32,000 bases of DNA from Crocosphaera subtropica ATCC 51142 (GCF_000017845.1 NC_010546.1:4800001-4832000); one strand, 5' to 3'; positions 1-9,435 are shown, counted from the first letter of the stretch. Numbers and translations are program-made. Notes: generated by a model from the letters alone, not told the origin.

Positions 1-1113
1 ATCTTCGGGGTTGGTCGCTACGTCTTCAGGGCGAGAAAATTGAAATGCTCCTGCTTCGGCTACTAAAAAGTCTTGATAAATTTGGGTGGCGAAGCCTAGG
101 GTATCGTAATCAAAAGTACCATCTCCATCTACATCGATGCCATCAAAAACACCATCCCCATCAGCATCAATATGAACACTTGCGTCAGTTGCGTCAATGA
201 CTCCATCACTGTTGATATCTGCTGCATCAAAGATACCATCACCATTTAAGTCAGTATCAAAAACTAAATCTTCACGGTAATGTTCGATTTCTACAAAGCT
301 ACCAGATAAGCTATTTCCAGTGCCGTTAAATCCGGCAGGATCAGGGTTATTATCGGGATCAGCTTCGTTGTCTGTATCCCCCACTTCTCCATCGGGAACC
401 CAAGCATACAATTTACCCCCTGTTAACCCGTTCCGTTCTAGAAACCCTGCATCTACAGTGGTGTCTTTTTTCCCAACGTATAGTAATAGGGGTGCTGCTT
501 CTCGGTCATCTCCCACTAAAATAGCCACTTCTTCGGTGTTACCGATATCGAGTTGGGTAACATTTTCCCATGCTGCCCTTCCTAACCAGGGAACCGCATA
601 AAGGGTATTGGTAGCCACATCTAGGGCAAACTCTGTACCCCCAAAAGTTTCTTCTCCAGTGAAGTAAATACCATCAACAAAGCCATACCCTTCCCCAAAC
701 TGGTGCGCTTCGATGTAAATTGAGGAACAGAGACGGTTAATTCCTTCAAATTCTAGGTCAGAGGCTTCGTCTACTTCTTCTCCAGCACGATTGATAATCG
801 TATCATAAGCCAAACCTGCATCAATCACTTCTAAGGTTTGTTTATCAAAGTCAAAATAACTGACTCTGGCACCGGTTAAAGCGGTTCCATTGGCTAACGT
901 ATAAGCATAACCTGAACCACTGGTTAATTCGTGGTTGGTTAAAACTCTAACGGTATTTTCATCGAGTTCAAATGCGCCAATACCATCCAAAATACCAACA
1001 GGAGTATAGTCTCCTGCTGTGGTTGGAATGGTTTCACCAATGGTAACCAATGGTTTAACGTCATAGCCATTTAGACCGATCATTTGAGCCGGTTGAGTGG
1101 TGGTAAATGCCAT
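1..1113 (-). CDS. PhoX-family (DUF839-like) protein, first 371 codons; 3' end runs off the window
   Basis: Absent from the ORF track because there is no stop in the window. The reverse complement of 1111-1113 is ATG and the frame stays open to nt 1 (1113 nt = 371 codons): MAFTTTQPAQMIGLNGYDVKPLVTIGETIP...VLTNHELTSGSGYAY...FQFSRPEDVATNPED. The TNHE and RPED segments and the overall layout match my memory of DUF839/PhoX propeller phosphatases. Nt ~118-252 encode four DxDxDG calcium-loop-like motifs. Confidence 0.55.
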   Translation of the reverse strand, partial: MAFTTTQPAQMIGLNGYDVKPLVTIGETIPTTAGDYTPVGILDGIGAFELDENTVRVLTNHELTSGSGYAYTLANGTALTGARVSYFDFDKQTLEVIDAGLAYDTIINRAGEEVDEASDLEFEGINRLCSSIYIEAHQFGEGYGFVDGIYFTGEETFGGTEFALDVATNTLYAVPWLGRAAWENVTQLDIGNTEEVAILVGDDREAAPLLLYVGKKDTTVDAGFLERNGLTGGKLYAWVPDGEVGDTDNEADPDNNPDPAGFNGTGNSLSGSFVEIEHYREDLVFDTDLNGDGIFDAADINSDGVIDATDASVHIDADGDGVFDGIDVDGDGTFDYDTLGFATQIYQDFLVAEAGAFQFSRPEDVATNPED

Positions 1114-1424
1114 AATTTTTTTTCGTTTACAGGATGGATCGAAGGTTTAAAGGCAGCATTTACCAAAGATTTTCACAACAAGCAGATTAATAGCAATTGA
1201 ATACTATTAATCTTTATTTTATAATTGGAATCTAGAACAATTTGAGGTTTCTTGTTAAACCTTTTGGTACAGGAAGAAAGCCCTCTTCCTGTGCTGCCTT
1301 TCAACTTTTACAAGACTATGCTAGATGATAACTCACAAAAGAAGGTTAAGAAGAAAATAAGCTTTGGTAAGATCATCTCTTGCATTTTTGATAAAATTAA
1401 ATATTTTAGAGAGGGAATAGAATT

Positions 1425-1678
1425 TTATTTTGCTCTTGCTTGAAACGGATTATCTTCAAAGTAAGTTGAATCGTATAAATTTGCACCTGCATTAATTAAA
1501 AGCTTAACAATCTCTTTTCTCCTCAGCTTAATAGCAAGTAGTAAAGGAGTAAAACGCTCATTTTTGTCAACTCGATTAACATTAATTCCTTCAGCTATCA
1601 GTTCTTTAATTCTCGATAAATTAAGACGAATTTTTTTAATGATCGCTTAAACCGTGAAGTTAGAACTAATTGTTTCAT
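1425..1678 (-). pseudogene. Small ankyrin-repeat ORF split by a frameshift at an A7 run (or expressed by -1 slippage)
   Basis: On the minus strand, ATG at 1678 opens MKQLVLTSRFKRSLKKFVLIYRELKN*. The -1 frame, from the A7 run (plus-strand T7 at 1631-1637), reads IKKIRLNLSRIKELIAEGINVNRVDKNERFTPLLLAIKLRRKEIVKLLINAGANLYDSTYFEDNPFQARAK*, with its stop at 1425-1427. TPLLLAI..EIVKLLINAGANL is a good ankyrin consensus match. The ankyrin frame has no ATG, and a TAA lies just upstream of it. Confidence 0.3.
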
Positions 1679-1778
1679 TCATCCTTGTTATCTTGTAAAG
1701 AATTACGCAAATCAGCGATCGCTTGGGTAGCTTACATCGCTGGTAACTTACCTGTTCGATTAACATAACTACTTAAGT

Positions 1779-2705
1779 TTAACCCTTAGCTAATGTTTGA
1801 CGATTTCGCCACCAAGCTAGTGAGGTACTCGCAATAAAAATACTCGAATAAGAACCAGCAATAAAGCCTAAAATTAATGCCAGGGCAAAAAACTTAAGGG
1901 TTTCACCACCAAATAAGAAAATAGCAACCAGAGGCAATAAAGTGGTAAGGGTAGTATTAATAGAACGACCAAGGGTTTGATTAACAGAATTTTCTACAAT
2001 TTCATTAATCGATAATTCTTCACTGTAGCGATCTGTATTTTCTCGAATGCGATCGTAAATAACGACAGTATCGTTAACAGAAAAACCAATAATTGTTAGT
2101 AAAGCAACTAAAAATAAACTATCAACTTCTACGCCGGCAACTAATCCTAAAACCGCAAAAACACCTGCGGTTACTAAGACATCATGAAGTAAAGCTAAGA
2201 TAGCAAAAAAAGCATAATCAAACTTAAATCGAATACTGAGATAAACAATAATGCCAAAAAAGGAAACCAACAACGCTAAAATGCCTGACTCAAATAATTC
2301 TTGTCCAATTGTTGGCCCTACGGTATCAATTTGAATCGTTTCAGAATCAAAATTTCCTATCTTGTCATTTAATTCTTGTTGTAATTGGGTTCTTTCATCT
2401 ACATCTAAATTTTTAGTCCGAATGGAAAGAATATTACCTTCCAAAACTTGAATGGTACTGTTACCTAACTCTTGTTGGTTTAAAATATCTCGAACTTCTC
2501 CGACATTAATCGATTGTTCACAAGTACCTTCTACCGCACAAGCTAATTGTAATTGAAGTCGAGTCCCCCCAATAAAGTCTAAACCCGGTCTTAATGGAGC
2601 TTTAAAAGTAGTATAAGAAATGATCATGGCAATGATTCCACCTGCGATAACTAAGGCAGAAATAGACCACCATAATCGCTCCCATTTAATAATATTGAGT
2701 TGCAT
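1779..2705 (-). CDS. secF: Protein translocase subunit SecF
   Basis: 308-aa ORF with the SecF membrane topology and motifs ([24 protein letters not shown]). It lies directly downstream of secD with a 31-nt gap. Confidence 0.95.
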   Translation of the reverse strand: MQLNIIKWERLWWSISALVIAGGIIAMIISYTTFKAPLRPGLDFIGGTRLQLQLACAVEGTCEQSINVGEVRDILNQQELGNSTIQVLEGNILSIRTKNLDVDERTQLQQELNDKIGNFDSETIQIDTVGPTIGQELFESGILALLVSFFGIIVYLSIRFKFDYAFFAILALLHDVLVTAGVFAVLGLVAGVEVDSLFLVALLTIIGFSVNDTVVIYDRIRENTDRYSEELSINEIVENSVNQTLGRSINTTLTTLLPLVAIFLFGGETLKFFALALILGFIAGSYSSIFIASTSLAWWRNRQTLAKG

Positions 2706-2736
2706 TTTCTTTAGTTAAATAGAACAATAATTTAGG

Positions 2737-4149
2737 TTAAGAATTACTCGTTTTCGGTAAATTCGGACAAAATAGTTCTGGTTTTTTACGAACCCCTGGC
2801 AGTCCTAACACCGTTACTAATAAGAAAGTACGAGTACAAGTTAAAGCCGTAAACATACTAACTAATACCCCAATAGCCAACGTTAAAGCAAACCCTTTAA
2901 CCAACCCAGACCCCAAACCAAATAAAGCACCACAGGCGATTAAAGTGGTAACGTTACTATCGATAATACTAGAAAATGCTCGATAAAACCCCGATTCTAC
3001 CCCACTATACAAGGTTTTGCCACTGCGTAACTCTTCACGGGTGCGCTCAAAAATTAAAACATTGGCATCGACGGCCATGCCAATACTAAGAATAAACCCG
3101 GCAATGCCCGGCAGGGTTAACGTAACACCGATCAAAGAATAACAAGCTAATGTTAAGAGCGTGTAAATAGCTAAAGCTAAATCCGCTAAAACTCCAGGCA
3201 GTCGATAATAAACCCCCATAAAGATTAAAACTAACACTAAACCAGCCACAGCAGCGTAGATACTGCGTCGAATACTATCCCGTCCCAACGTTGCCCCAAC
3301 GGTGCGATTTTCCACTACTTCCACAGGGAAAGGTAAAGAACCTCCCCGTAACTGTACCGCTAACTCGTTAGCGGTTTCGGCGGTGAAATTCCCTGTAATG
3401 ACCGCACTTCCCCCAGTGATACCAGCAGCAGCAAATTGAGGCCCCACCACCGGCGCACTAATTAAGACATCATCCAAAAAGATGCCAATACTGCGACCAG
3501 TTCCGGCGATATTTTTCGTTAATTCTGCAAACTTTTGACCCCCTTCGTTATCAAAATCGATAATAACCTCCCATTCTGTCCCTTGGGTGGGGCCATAACG
3601 GGCATTTTTCAGGTTTTTACCAGATAATCCTACCGACTCAAACAGGGCTAAAAGGGCTTGATTTGATTCTTCGATAGACTCAGTTAATTCAGCAATGCGT
3701 TGTTCTTCTTCGGGGGTAGGTTCCCCTTGTCTGAGAGCCTCTAATTCTGCTTCTTTTTGCTGTCTAATGTTAAATTCAACCGGTAGTTGCCCTTCAGTCC
3801 CCTGACGTTGTTGACGGAACTCTAATTGTGCCGTTCCCCCTAATACCCGTTCTGCTTGTTCAGGATCGGTGACTCCTGGCAACTGCACCACAATTTTATC
3901 TTGTCCGAGGGTTTGCACCACCGGTTCTGCTACCCCTAAGCCATCCACTCGGTTTTGGAGGACGGTTTTCGCTGCTTCTAAGTCCTCTTGGGAGATGGTT
4001 TGCACGTCTTCGGTGGGTTTGAGTTGAATCGTTAATTGGGCCCCACCCCTCAAGTCTAAACCCAGTTGTAACGGGATAGTATTAAGAAGGGCGATCGCAC
4101 CAATCACCAGGGCGATAATAAAACCGATCAACAAACGTCGTTGTTTCAT
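2737..4149 (-). CDS. secD: Protein translocase subunit SecD
   Basis: 470-aa ORF with GLDLRGG, a large periplasmic loop and a C-terminal membrane block (SIGMAVDANVLIFERTREE) typical of SecD. It forms the classical secDF pair. Confidence 0.95.
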   Translation of the reverse strand: MKQRRLLIGFIIALVIGAIALLNTIPLQLGLDLRGGAQLTIQLKPTEDVQTISQEDLEAAKTVLQNRVDGLGVAEPVVQTLGQDKIVVQLPGVTDPEQAERVLGGTAQLEFRQQRQGTEGQLPVEFNIRQQKEAELEALRQGEPTPEEEQRIAELTESIEESNQALLALFESVGLSGKNLKNARYGPTQGTEWEVIIDFDNEGGQKFAELTKNIAGTGRSIGIFLDDVLISAPVVGPQFAAAGITGGSAVITGNFTAETANELAVQLRGGSLPFPVEVVENRTVGATLGRDSIRRSIYAAVAGLVLVLIFMGVYYRLPGVLADLALAIYTLLTLACYSLIGVTLTLPGIAGFILSIGMAVDANVLIFERTREELRSGKTLYSGVESGFYRAFSSIIDSNVTTLIACGALFGLGSGLVKGFALTLAIGVLVSMFTALTCTRTFLLVTVLGLPGVRKKPELFCPNLPKTSNS

Positions 4150-4182
4150 ACTGGAGTCTTTTGTAAGGGTTTGGGACTATTT

Positions 4183-4220
4183 GGAGCAGGGGAGCAGGGA
4201 GCAGGGGGAGCAGAGGGAGA
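4183..4220 (+). repeat. Purine-rich GGAGCAG-type heptamer run with four G3+ tracts
   Basis: GGAGCAGGGGAGCAGGGAGCAGGGGGAGCAGAGGGAGA sits in the pdhB-secD intergenic spacer. A C/T-rich tract (CTTCC-type units) follows at 4237-4276. Confidence 0.5.
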
Positions 4221-4276
4221 AATATAGGTATAATTTTCTTCCTACCCTTCCCGCACTTCCTACACTTCCCACACCC

Positions 4277-5260
4277 CTAAATATGCAGTGTCATTAACTT
4301 ATCCACTGCTTCAGAAATTTGGGGGGGTTGGACAATGGTCAATCGTTCTAACATTCCATTGTAAGGGGTAGGAATGTCTTGAGAGGATAAACGAACCACC
4401 GGCGCATCTAATTCATCGAAAAAGTTATCATTAATTAAAGCAATTAATTCCGCTGCGATCCCGCCGGTTTTCATACATTCTTCAACAATGATCACTCGGT
4501 GAGTTTTGCGGATAGAGTCCCCAATGGTTTGTAAATCAAAGGGTTTTAGGGAAATTAAATCAATAATTTCGGGATCATAACCTTGTGATTCAATTTGTTT
4601 TAAAGCCTGTAAACAATGATGACGCATTCTCGAATAGGTCAGAATGGTGACATCTTTCCCCTCTCTGACAATTTCGGCCTTATCTAAGGGGACGATATAT
4701 TCATTGTCGGGGAGGTTTTCTTTTAAGTTGTAGAGTAAAACGTGTTCAAAAAAGAGAACGGGGTTTTCATCTCGAATGGCTGCTTTGAGGAGTCCTTTGG
4801 CATTATAAGGAGTTGAACAGGCCACAATTTTTAAGCCAGGAACCGCATGGAAATAGGCTTCTAACCGTTGGGAATGTTCAGCCCCTAACTGTCGTCCTAC
4901 CCCCCCAGGGCCACGAATGACCATCGGAATTTTAAAGTTTCCCCCAGAGGTATAGCGTAACATTCCGGCGTTGTTGGCGATTTGGTTAAAGGCTAATAAT
5001 AAAAAGCCCATATTCATCCCTTCAATGATGGGTTTTAACCCAGTCATTGCAGCACCTACCGCCATTCCGGTAAAGCTATTTTCTGCAATGGGTGTATCGA
5101 GAACCCGCAGTTCTCCATATTTTTTGTAAAGATCCTTGGTAACTTTGTAGGAACCGCCATAGTGACCTACATCTTCCCCCAAGACAAATACTGTGTCGTC
5201 TCGTCCCATTTCTTCATCAATGGCTTGACGCAGGGCATTAAATAATAAAGTTTCTGCCAT
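4277..5260 (-). CDS. pdhB: Pyruvate dehydrogenase E1 component, beta subunit
   Basis: 327-aa [24 protein letters not shown]...[23 protein letters not shown] is a typical transketolase-like pyrimidine-binding E1-beta layout. Confidence 0.93.
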   Translation of the reverse strand: MAETLLFNALRQAIDEEMGRDDTVFVLGEDVGHYGGSYKVTKDLYKKYGELRVLDTPIAENSFTGMAVGAAMTGLKPIIEGMNMGFLLLAFNQIANNAGMLRYTSGGNFKIPMVIRGPGGVGRQLGAEHSQRLEAYFHAVPGLKIVACSTPYNAKGLLKAAIRDENPVLFFEHVLLYNLKENLPDNEYIVPLDKAEIVREGKDVTILTYSRMRHHCLQALKQIESQGYDPEIIDLISLKPFDLQTIGDSIRKTHRVIIVEECMKTGGIAAELIALINDNFFDELDAPVVRLSSQDIPTPYNGMLERLTIVQPPQISEAVDKLMTLHI

Positions 5261-5594
5261 ATATTTATACTAATTCCTTGCCTTTGTTATCCTATCATCA
5301 CAGCCCTACATTTTATCGTTTTTGGAAAGCTATGAAGCTTTGTTTGTATTAAATTTTCACAATACAGTCATAAAAATGCAGACTTTTTCTTCATAAAAAG
5401 CTGTTTTTATCTATCCTTAGCTTAAGGATGAATAATGATTTTTGCTAAACTCTCACCGATGGAATAAATCACTAAAATTTCAGTTTCATCATTAATAAAA
5501 ATGATTAAATAACTAGGTCATAAGGTAGAGGGAATCAAATATTTTAATAAATAACATAGATAAAAGATGAAGAGTAATTAGAAGGAAACTTGAT

Positions 5595-6434
5595 ATGGCA
5601 CTCATAAAAATAGAAGATTACAATCCTAACTATGAAGATAGTATTTTACATGGACATCGGTTGAACAGTTTTGATTTATATACCAGTGCTGACGGAAACA
5701 GAGTTGGCTCGGTGCGTGATATTTTAGTCGATGAATCAGGAAAAATACGTTATTTTATCATCGATACTGGATTTTGGATTTTTGGTAAAAAAGTCTTATT
5801 ACCCATCGGTTTGTGTCGAATTGATTACACTAAAGGCCGTGTTTATGCTTCTAACTTAACCGAAGCACGAGTTAAGGAACTACCGAGATATGATGAAGAT
5901 ACAACGGTAGATTATACCTATGAAGAGAAAGTAAGAAATATTTATCCTGTTCCCGAAAGACGTTATGCAGCCAATCAACATGACGAATCTAGTTATGATC
6001 ATGACGATCATGATCGTGATCTATTTGGTGTTCGAGAAGAGGATCACGGAATTCTCAAGCTTTACGAAGAACGGTTAATTGCTGATAAGAATCGCCAAAA
6101 AGTGGGAGAAGTGGCTGTCGGCAAAAGCATTGAAACACAGCAAGCTGAAGCTTCTGTCCCAGTTGAAAATGAACGAGTCGTAATTGATCGTCGGACTCCT
6201 ACCGATCCACAAGAACCGGTACCGAGTCACGAAACTGACTTTAGTAACGAAGAAGTTGCTCGTCTAGAAATTCACGAAGAAACAGCTAATATTGAGAAAG
6301 AAGCTTTTGTCAGTGAAGAAGTCTCTGTGAAAAAAGAAGTTGATCGAGATGTCGTTACTGCTCAAGAAAAATTGCGTCGAGAAAAACTGGATCTTGATGT
6401 AGAAGGAAGACCTACTGTTGAGCATAATCGGTAA
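5595..6434 (+). CDS. PRC-barrel plus DUF2382 (YsnF/AvaK-like) stress protein
   Basis: 279-aa ORF. The N-terminus resembles a PRC-barrel (VRDILVDESGKIRYFIIDTG). The C-terminal half carries the DUF2382 pattern LKLYEERLIADKNRQKVGEVAVGK...VENERVVIDR. A GAAGGAAAC purine tract precedes the ATG. Confidence 0.75.
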   Translation: MALIKIEDYNPNYEDSILHGHRLNSFDLYTSADGNRVGSVRDILVDESGKIRYFIIDTGFWIFGKKVLLPIGLCRIDYTKGRVYASNLTEARVKELPRYDEDTTVDYTYEEKVRNIYPVPERRYAANQHDESSYDHDDHDRDLFGVREEDHGILKLYEERLIADKNRQKVGEVAVGKSIETQQAEASVPVENERVVIDRRTPTDPQEPVPSHETDFSNEEVARLEIHEETANIEKEAFVSEEVSVKKEVDRDVVTAQEKLRREKLDLDVEGRPTVEHNR

Positions 6435-6442
6435 ATTTTCTT

Positions 6443-6513
6443 AGGAGAGAAAGCATTTGTGATCACTATATTCTTGATGATCAAGGGAGATAATGCTTTC
6501 TCCTATTTTCTTT
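6443..6513 (+). terminator. Candidate intrinsic terminator (long hairpin plus T-rich tail)
   Basis: GAGAAAGCATT (6447-6457) pairs perfectly with AATGCTTTCTC (6492-6502). The stem is extended by AG/CT across a 2-nt bulge and followed by TTTTCTTT (6506-6513). It starts 9 nt after the stop of 5595-6434. Confidence 0.45.
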
Positions 6514-6536
6514 AGGTTTTATATTAGGTAAAAACT

Positions 6537-6938
6537 ATGAAATCTCAATTATCTAATCATAACTCAAATAATAATCAAGACGAGATTAAATTATTACAAG
6601 AACGGTTGAAAGTGGAACGAGAAAAAGAGAAAGTTGGAGAAGTAATTGTTCGCAAAGAAACTGAAACCAAAGTTGCTATTGTTCCTCTACAGCAAGAAAA
6701 GTTAATTGTTGAGCAAGTTAATACTGATAATTCTCAAGTAGAAAAAATAGCAGAAGTTGATCTTAAAAAAAGTCAAGTTAGGGAGCAAAGAGTTGAGTCC
6801 GAAAGTGCATCAACTATTAAAGAAAAATTTAATTCTTGTCAAGAAGCTACAGATTATCTCCAAGACATTGTTCGAGAGTTATCGAAACAAGTTACTGCAG
6901 TAGAAATTAAACTAACTGTTCATAATAATCAAAATTGA
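6537..6938 (+). CDS. DUF2382-domain small protein
   Basis: 133-aa ORF. IKLLQERLKVEREKEKVGEVIVRKETETK...QQEKLIVEQV repeats the DUF2382 pattern of the preceding gene. Confidence 0.6.
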   Translation: MKSQLSNHNSNNNQDEIKLLQERLKVEREKEKVGEVIVRKETETKVAIVPLQQEKLIVEQVNTDNSQVEKIAEVDLKKSQVREQRVESESASTIKEKFNSCQEATDYLQDIVRELSKQVTAVEIKLTVHNNQN

Positions 6939-6940
6939 CC

Positions 6941-7112
6941 TTAAGATAAATGACTCATTATCAGAAAATCAGGTCTTTCTAAAATTTTTTCATAGGCCTT
7001 TTTTACCTGAGAAATATTATTCATTAAAGAATCTTGATCTAATACCCCTTATCTAGCTTTTTGTCTTGATAATTGGGTGATTTCCTTATGCTCCCGAAAC
7101 AAGGTAACAGCA
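6941..7112 (-). pseudogene. Decayed copy of the 3' end (~54 codons) of a GT4 glycosyltransferase gene
   Basis: The minus-strand translation is LFREHKEITQLSRQKAR*GVLDQDSLMNNISQVKKAYEKILERPDFLIMSHLS*. The intact gene end at 13810-13981 reads LFRDHHEITLLLGQKARQRVLDKYSLTNNISQVEKVYEEILGRPNFPMMSHLS*. Both share the same stop position, and the fragment has one in-frame TAA at 7049-7051. Hand alignment of the first 102 nt from the stop is ungapped with 85 identities. There is no upstream coding continuation. Confidence 0.7.
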
Positions 7113-7259
7113 TTTTATTTTTACCCTAATGGTTTTCAAATTGAGTGATTAAATAAACAATAACAGTGAGATTTAGATCACTCGTTACTTATACTGATTT
7201 ATCTATAATTTATATATTATTAGTCTAGTTATTTATTTTGAATACAGTTTAACACCTTT

Positions 7260-9389
7260 ATGTTAACTAATGTACTACAAACAAAGACCGATCAAGATAA
7301 CAAACATATTCTAGCGTTTAATTTAACAAATAATCAGCAAATTATTCATCTAGAGGACTCTCAATATTCCATTGGGCGAAGTCCTGAAAATTCTATTGTC
7401 ATCGAATCTGAGGCGATTTCTAGATTTCACGCTACTATTCTTAAACAGATCAATAAAGATGGAGAGATTTCCTTCGTTATTATTGATGGTGTGCCTAGCG
7501 GAGAACCTAGTCGCAACGGCTTATTTATTAATGGCAATAAGTGCTTAAAACATAAGCTAGAACATGGTGATATTATTCAATTTGAACCCGAAACCCAAGC
7601 GAATTACTATGTTCTTCAGAAAAAAAGTGAAGAATATATCAAAAATCTTCTCCCTAGAGTTTCTGCTAAGACAACATCTTCTTTTCCTTCTTTTCTTCCT
7701 CCCACTTCCAACGAACCAGTCAAACAAACCTTAATTGTCGCTGAACCAGACTTAAGTCATTCCCTCGCTGATTTTCAAAAATTTGCTTCTTTAATTGAGT
7801 TAAGTCCTAATCCAATCCTAGAAATTGATTATCAAGGAAAGCTCATTTATGCTAATTCGTCTGCTAAACTACACTTTCGGGATTTAAAGCAAACCCAGAT
7901 GAATCATCCCATTGTTCGAGGATTGTTCAATAATAATGAAAGCCGTCAGGGAAACTTATTAGTTCGTGAAATCACTATTGGTCAGGTGGTTTTTGAGCAA
8001 CACATACACTATCTTCCTCAAGAAAAATTAATTAGATGTTATCTCTTTGATGTTACCCAGCGACGAGAAGCCGAAGAAATTCTTAAGTATAAAGCCTTTC
8101 ATGATGAGTTAACAGGATTACCGAATCGCGCTTTTTTACATGAGCATCTGTCTCTTGCTTTAGGTAATGCACAAAGAAATAAGAGCTTAATGGCAATTTT
8201 ATTGTTAGATGTGGATGGGTTTAAAAATATTAATGATACCCTCGGACATAGTATAGGGGATTTAATTTTAAAATGCTTTGCTAAACGGTTACAATCACAA
8301 GTTCGGCAAGGAGATTTAGTTTGTCGTTGGGGAGGGGATGAATTTATCATTCTACTATCTAGAATCAAAGAACCTAAAGAGGCTGCACAATTTGCTGAAA
8401 GACTTTTAGAGGTTTTTAAACATCCCATTACCGTAGAAGGAAATCTAATTTACCTAAAATCGAGTATTGGAATTACTATTTATCCCGAAGATGGTCAAGA
8501 CCAAGAAACACTATTGAAATCGGCGGATTTAGCTTTATATAAAACTAAAAATAGTGGTCGGAATAATTATCAATTTTATCATTCCAAGATGGCTAGTGAA
8601 ATGAAAGCGGAGTTTGAACTAGAAAATGCTCTACATAAAGCCGTAGAACAGGAAGAATTTTATCTTCATTATCAACCCCAAGTGAATATTAGAACGGGAA
8701 AAATTGAAGGAATAGAAGCACTGATTCGTTGGGAAAGTTCGAGTTTAGGTCCTATTTCGCCACAAAAATTTATTCCTTTAGCAGAGAAAACAGGGTTAAT
8801 TCAGCCCATTGGTGAATGGGTCATTAAACAAGCGTGCCAGCAAGCAAAAACTTGGCAAAATATGGGCTTGGAATTCTTGAAGATTGCCATTAATTTATCC
8901 CCCCAACAATTTCAGCAATTTAATCTCATCGACAGAATTAACGAGATTTTACATTCCACTCAATTACCTCCCCAATTCTTAGAATTAGAAGTGACTGAAT
9001 CAAGTTTGATGCAAAACATTGATTTAACCAGAGAGACTTTAAAAGTCTTTCGAGACATGGAAATATCAATTTCAATGGACGATTTTGGAACGGGACATTC
9101 TTCCTTAGCCTATCTCAAACAATTTCCATTCCAAACCCTGAAAATTGATAGGTCTTTTATAAAAGACCTTCATAATAATACTCAAGAACAAGCGATTGTT
9201 GCAGCAATTATGACCTTAAGTCGTGGCTTAAATTTAAGGGTTGTGGCCGAGGGAATAGAAAACACTGAGCAACTCAATATTTTAAAAACCCTTGAATGCG
9301 AACAAATGCAAGGTTATTTTTTTAGTCGTCCTTTAAGCGCACAAAAAATGATGTTTTTTCTAAGCAATTTTCAAAAAATAAAAGACTGA
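7260..9389 (+). CDS. FHA-PAS-GGDEF-EAL multidomain c-di-GMP protein; all catalytic signatures intact
   Basis: 709 aa. FHA: YSIGRSPENSIVIESEAISRFHATI...RNGLFINGNK...HGDIIQF. PAS: around LIELSPNPILEIDYQGKLIYAN. GGDEF: RQGD-LVCRW-GGDEF (GGDEF codons at 8331-8345, with an RxxD I-site 5 residues upstream). EAL: EALIRW, INLSPQQF, LEVTES, DDFGTGHSSL, LKIDRSF, EGIEN, QGYFFSRP. Confidence 0.9.
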   Translation: MLTNVLQTKTDQDNKHILAFNLTNNQQIIHLEDSQYSIGRSPENSIVIESEAISRFHATILKQINKDGEISFVIIDGVPSGEPSRNGLFINGNKCLKHKLEHGDIIQFEPETQANYYVLQKKSEEYIKNLLPRVSAKTTSSFPSFLPPTSNEPVKQTLIVAEPDLSHSLADFQKFASLIELSPNPILEIDYQGKLIYANSSAKLHFRDLKQTQMNHPIVRGLFNNNESRQGNLLVREITIGQVVFEQHIHYLPQEKLIRCYLFDVTQRREAEEILKYKAFHDELTGLPNRAFLHEHLSLALGNAQRNKSLMAILLLDVDGFKNINDTLGHSIGDLILKCFAKRLQSQVRQGDLVCRWGGDEFIILLSRIKEPKEAAQFAERLLEVFKHPITVEGNLIYLKSSIGITIYPEDGQDQETLLKSADLALYKTKNSGRNNYQFYHSKMASEMKAEFELENALHKAVEQEEFYLHYQPQVNIRTGKIEGIEALIRWESSSLGPISPQKFIPLAEKTGLIQPIGEWVIKQACQQAKTWQNMGLEFLKIAINLSPQQFQQFNLIDRINEILHSTQLPPQFLELEVTESSLMQNIDLTRETLKVFRDMEISISMDDFGTGHSSLAYLKQFPFQTLKIDRSFIKDLHNNTQEQAIVAAIMTLSRGLNLRVVAEGIENTEQLNILKTLECEQMQGYFFSRPLSAQKMMFFLSNFQKIKD

Positions 9390-9435
9390 GTAAGCTCATA
9401 GTAATTCTCATCTTTGACTCATTTTATTTAATTGC

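Noticed and set aside
320-601. 93-aa plus-strand ORF from the track
   Set aside because: It lies entirely antisense within the PhoX-like CDS. Its translation is low-complexity and Ser/Pro-rich with no motif, so it is almost certainly a shadow ORF.
1252-1443. 63-aa plus-strand ORF from the track
   Set aside because: It starts with a non-ATG codon (ttg at 1252) and has no recognisable motif. It overlaps the 3' end of the minus-strand ankyrin-like reading frame. The AT-rich intergenic composition easily produces ORFs of this size.
4183-4276. G-rich and CT-rich tracts as the two arms of a hairpin terminator
   Set aside because: The arms are only composition-complementary. Many positions would be G-U pairs on a plus-strand RNA, but C-A mismatches on the minus-strand transcript that actually covers pdhB-secD. 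A stable hairpin on the expressed strand is therefore unlikely.
8099-8428. 109-aa minus-strand ORF inside the FHA-PAS-GGDEF-EAL gene
   Set aside because: It is antisense to a strongly supported CDS (it covers the GGDEF motif region) and has no motifs. It is a shadow ORF.
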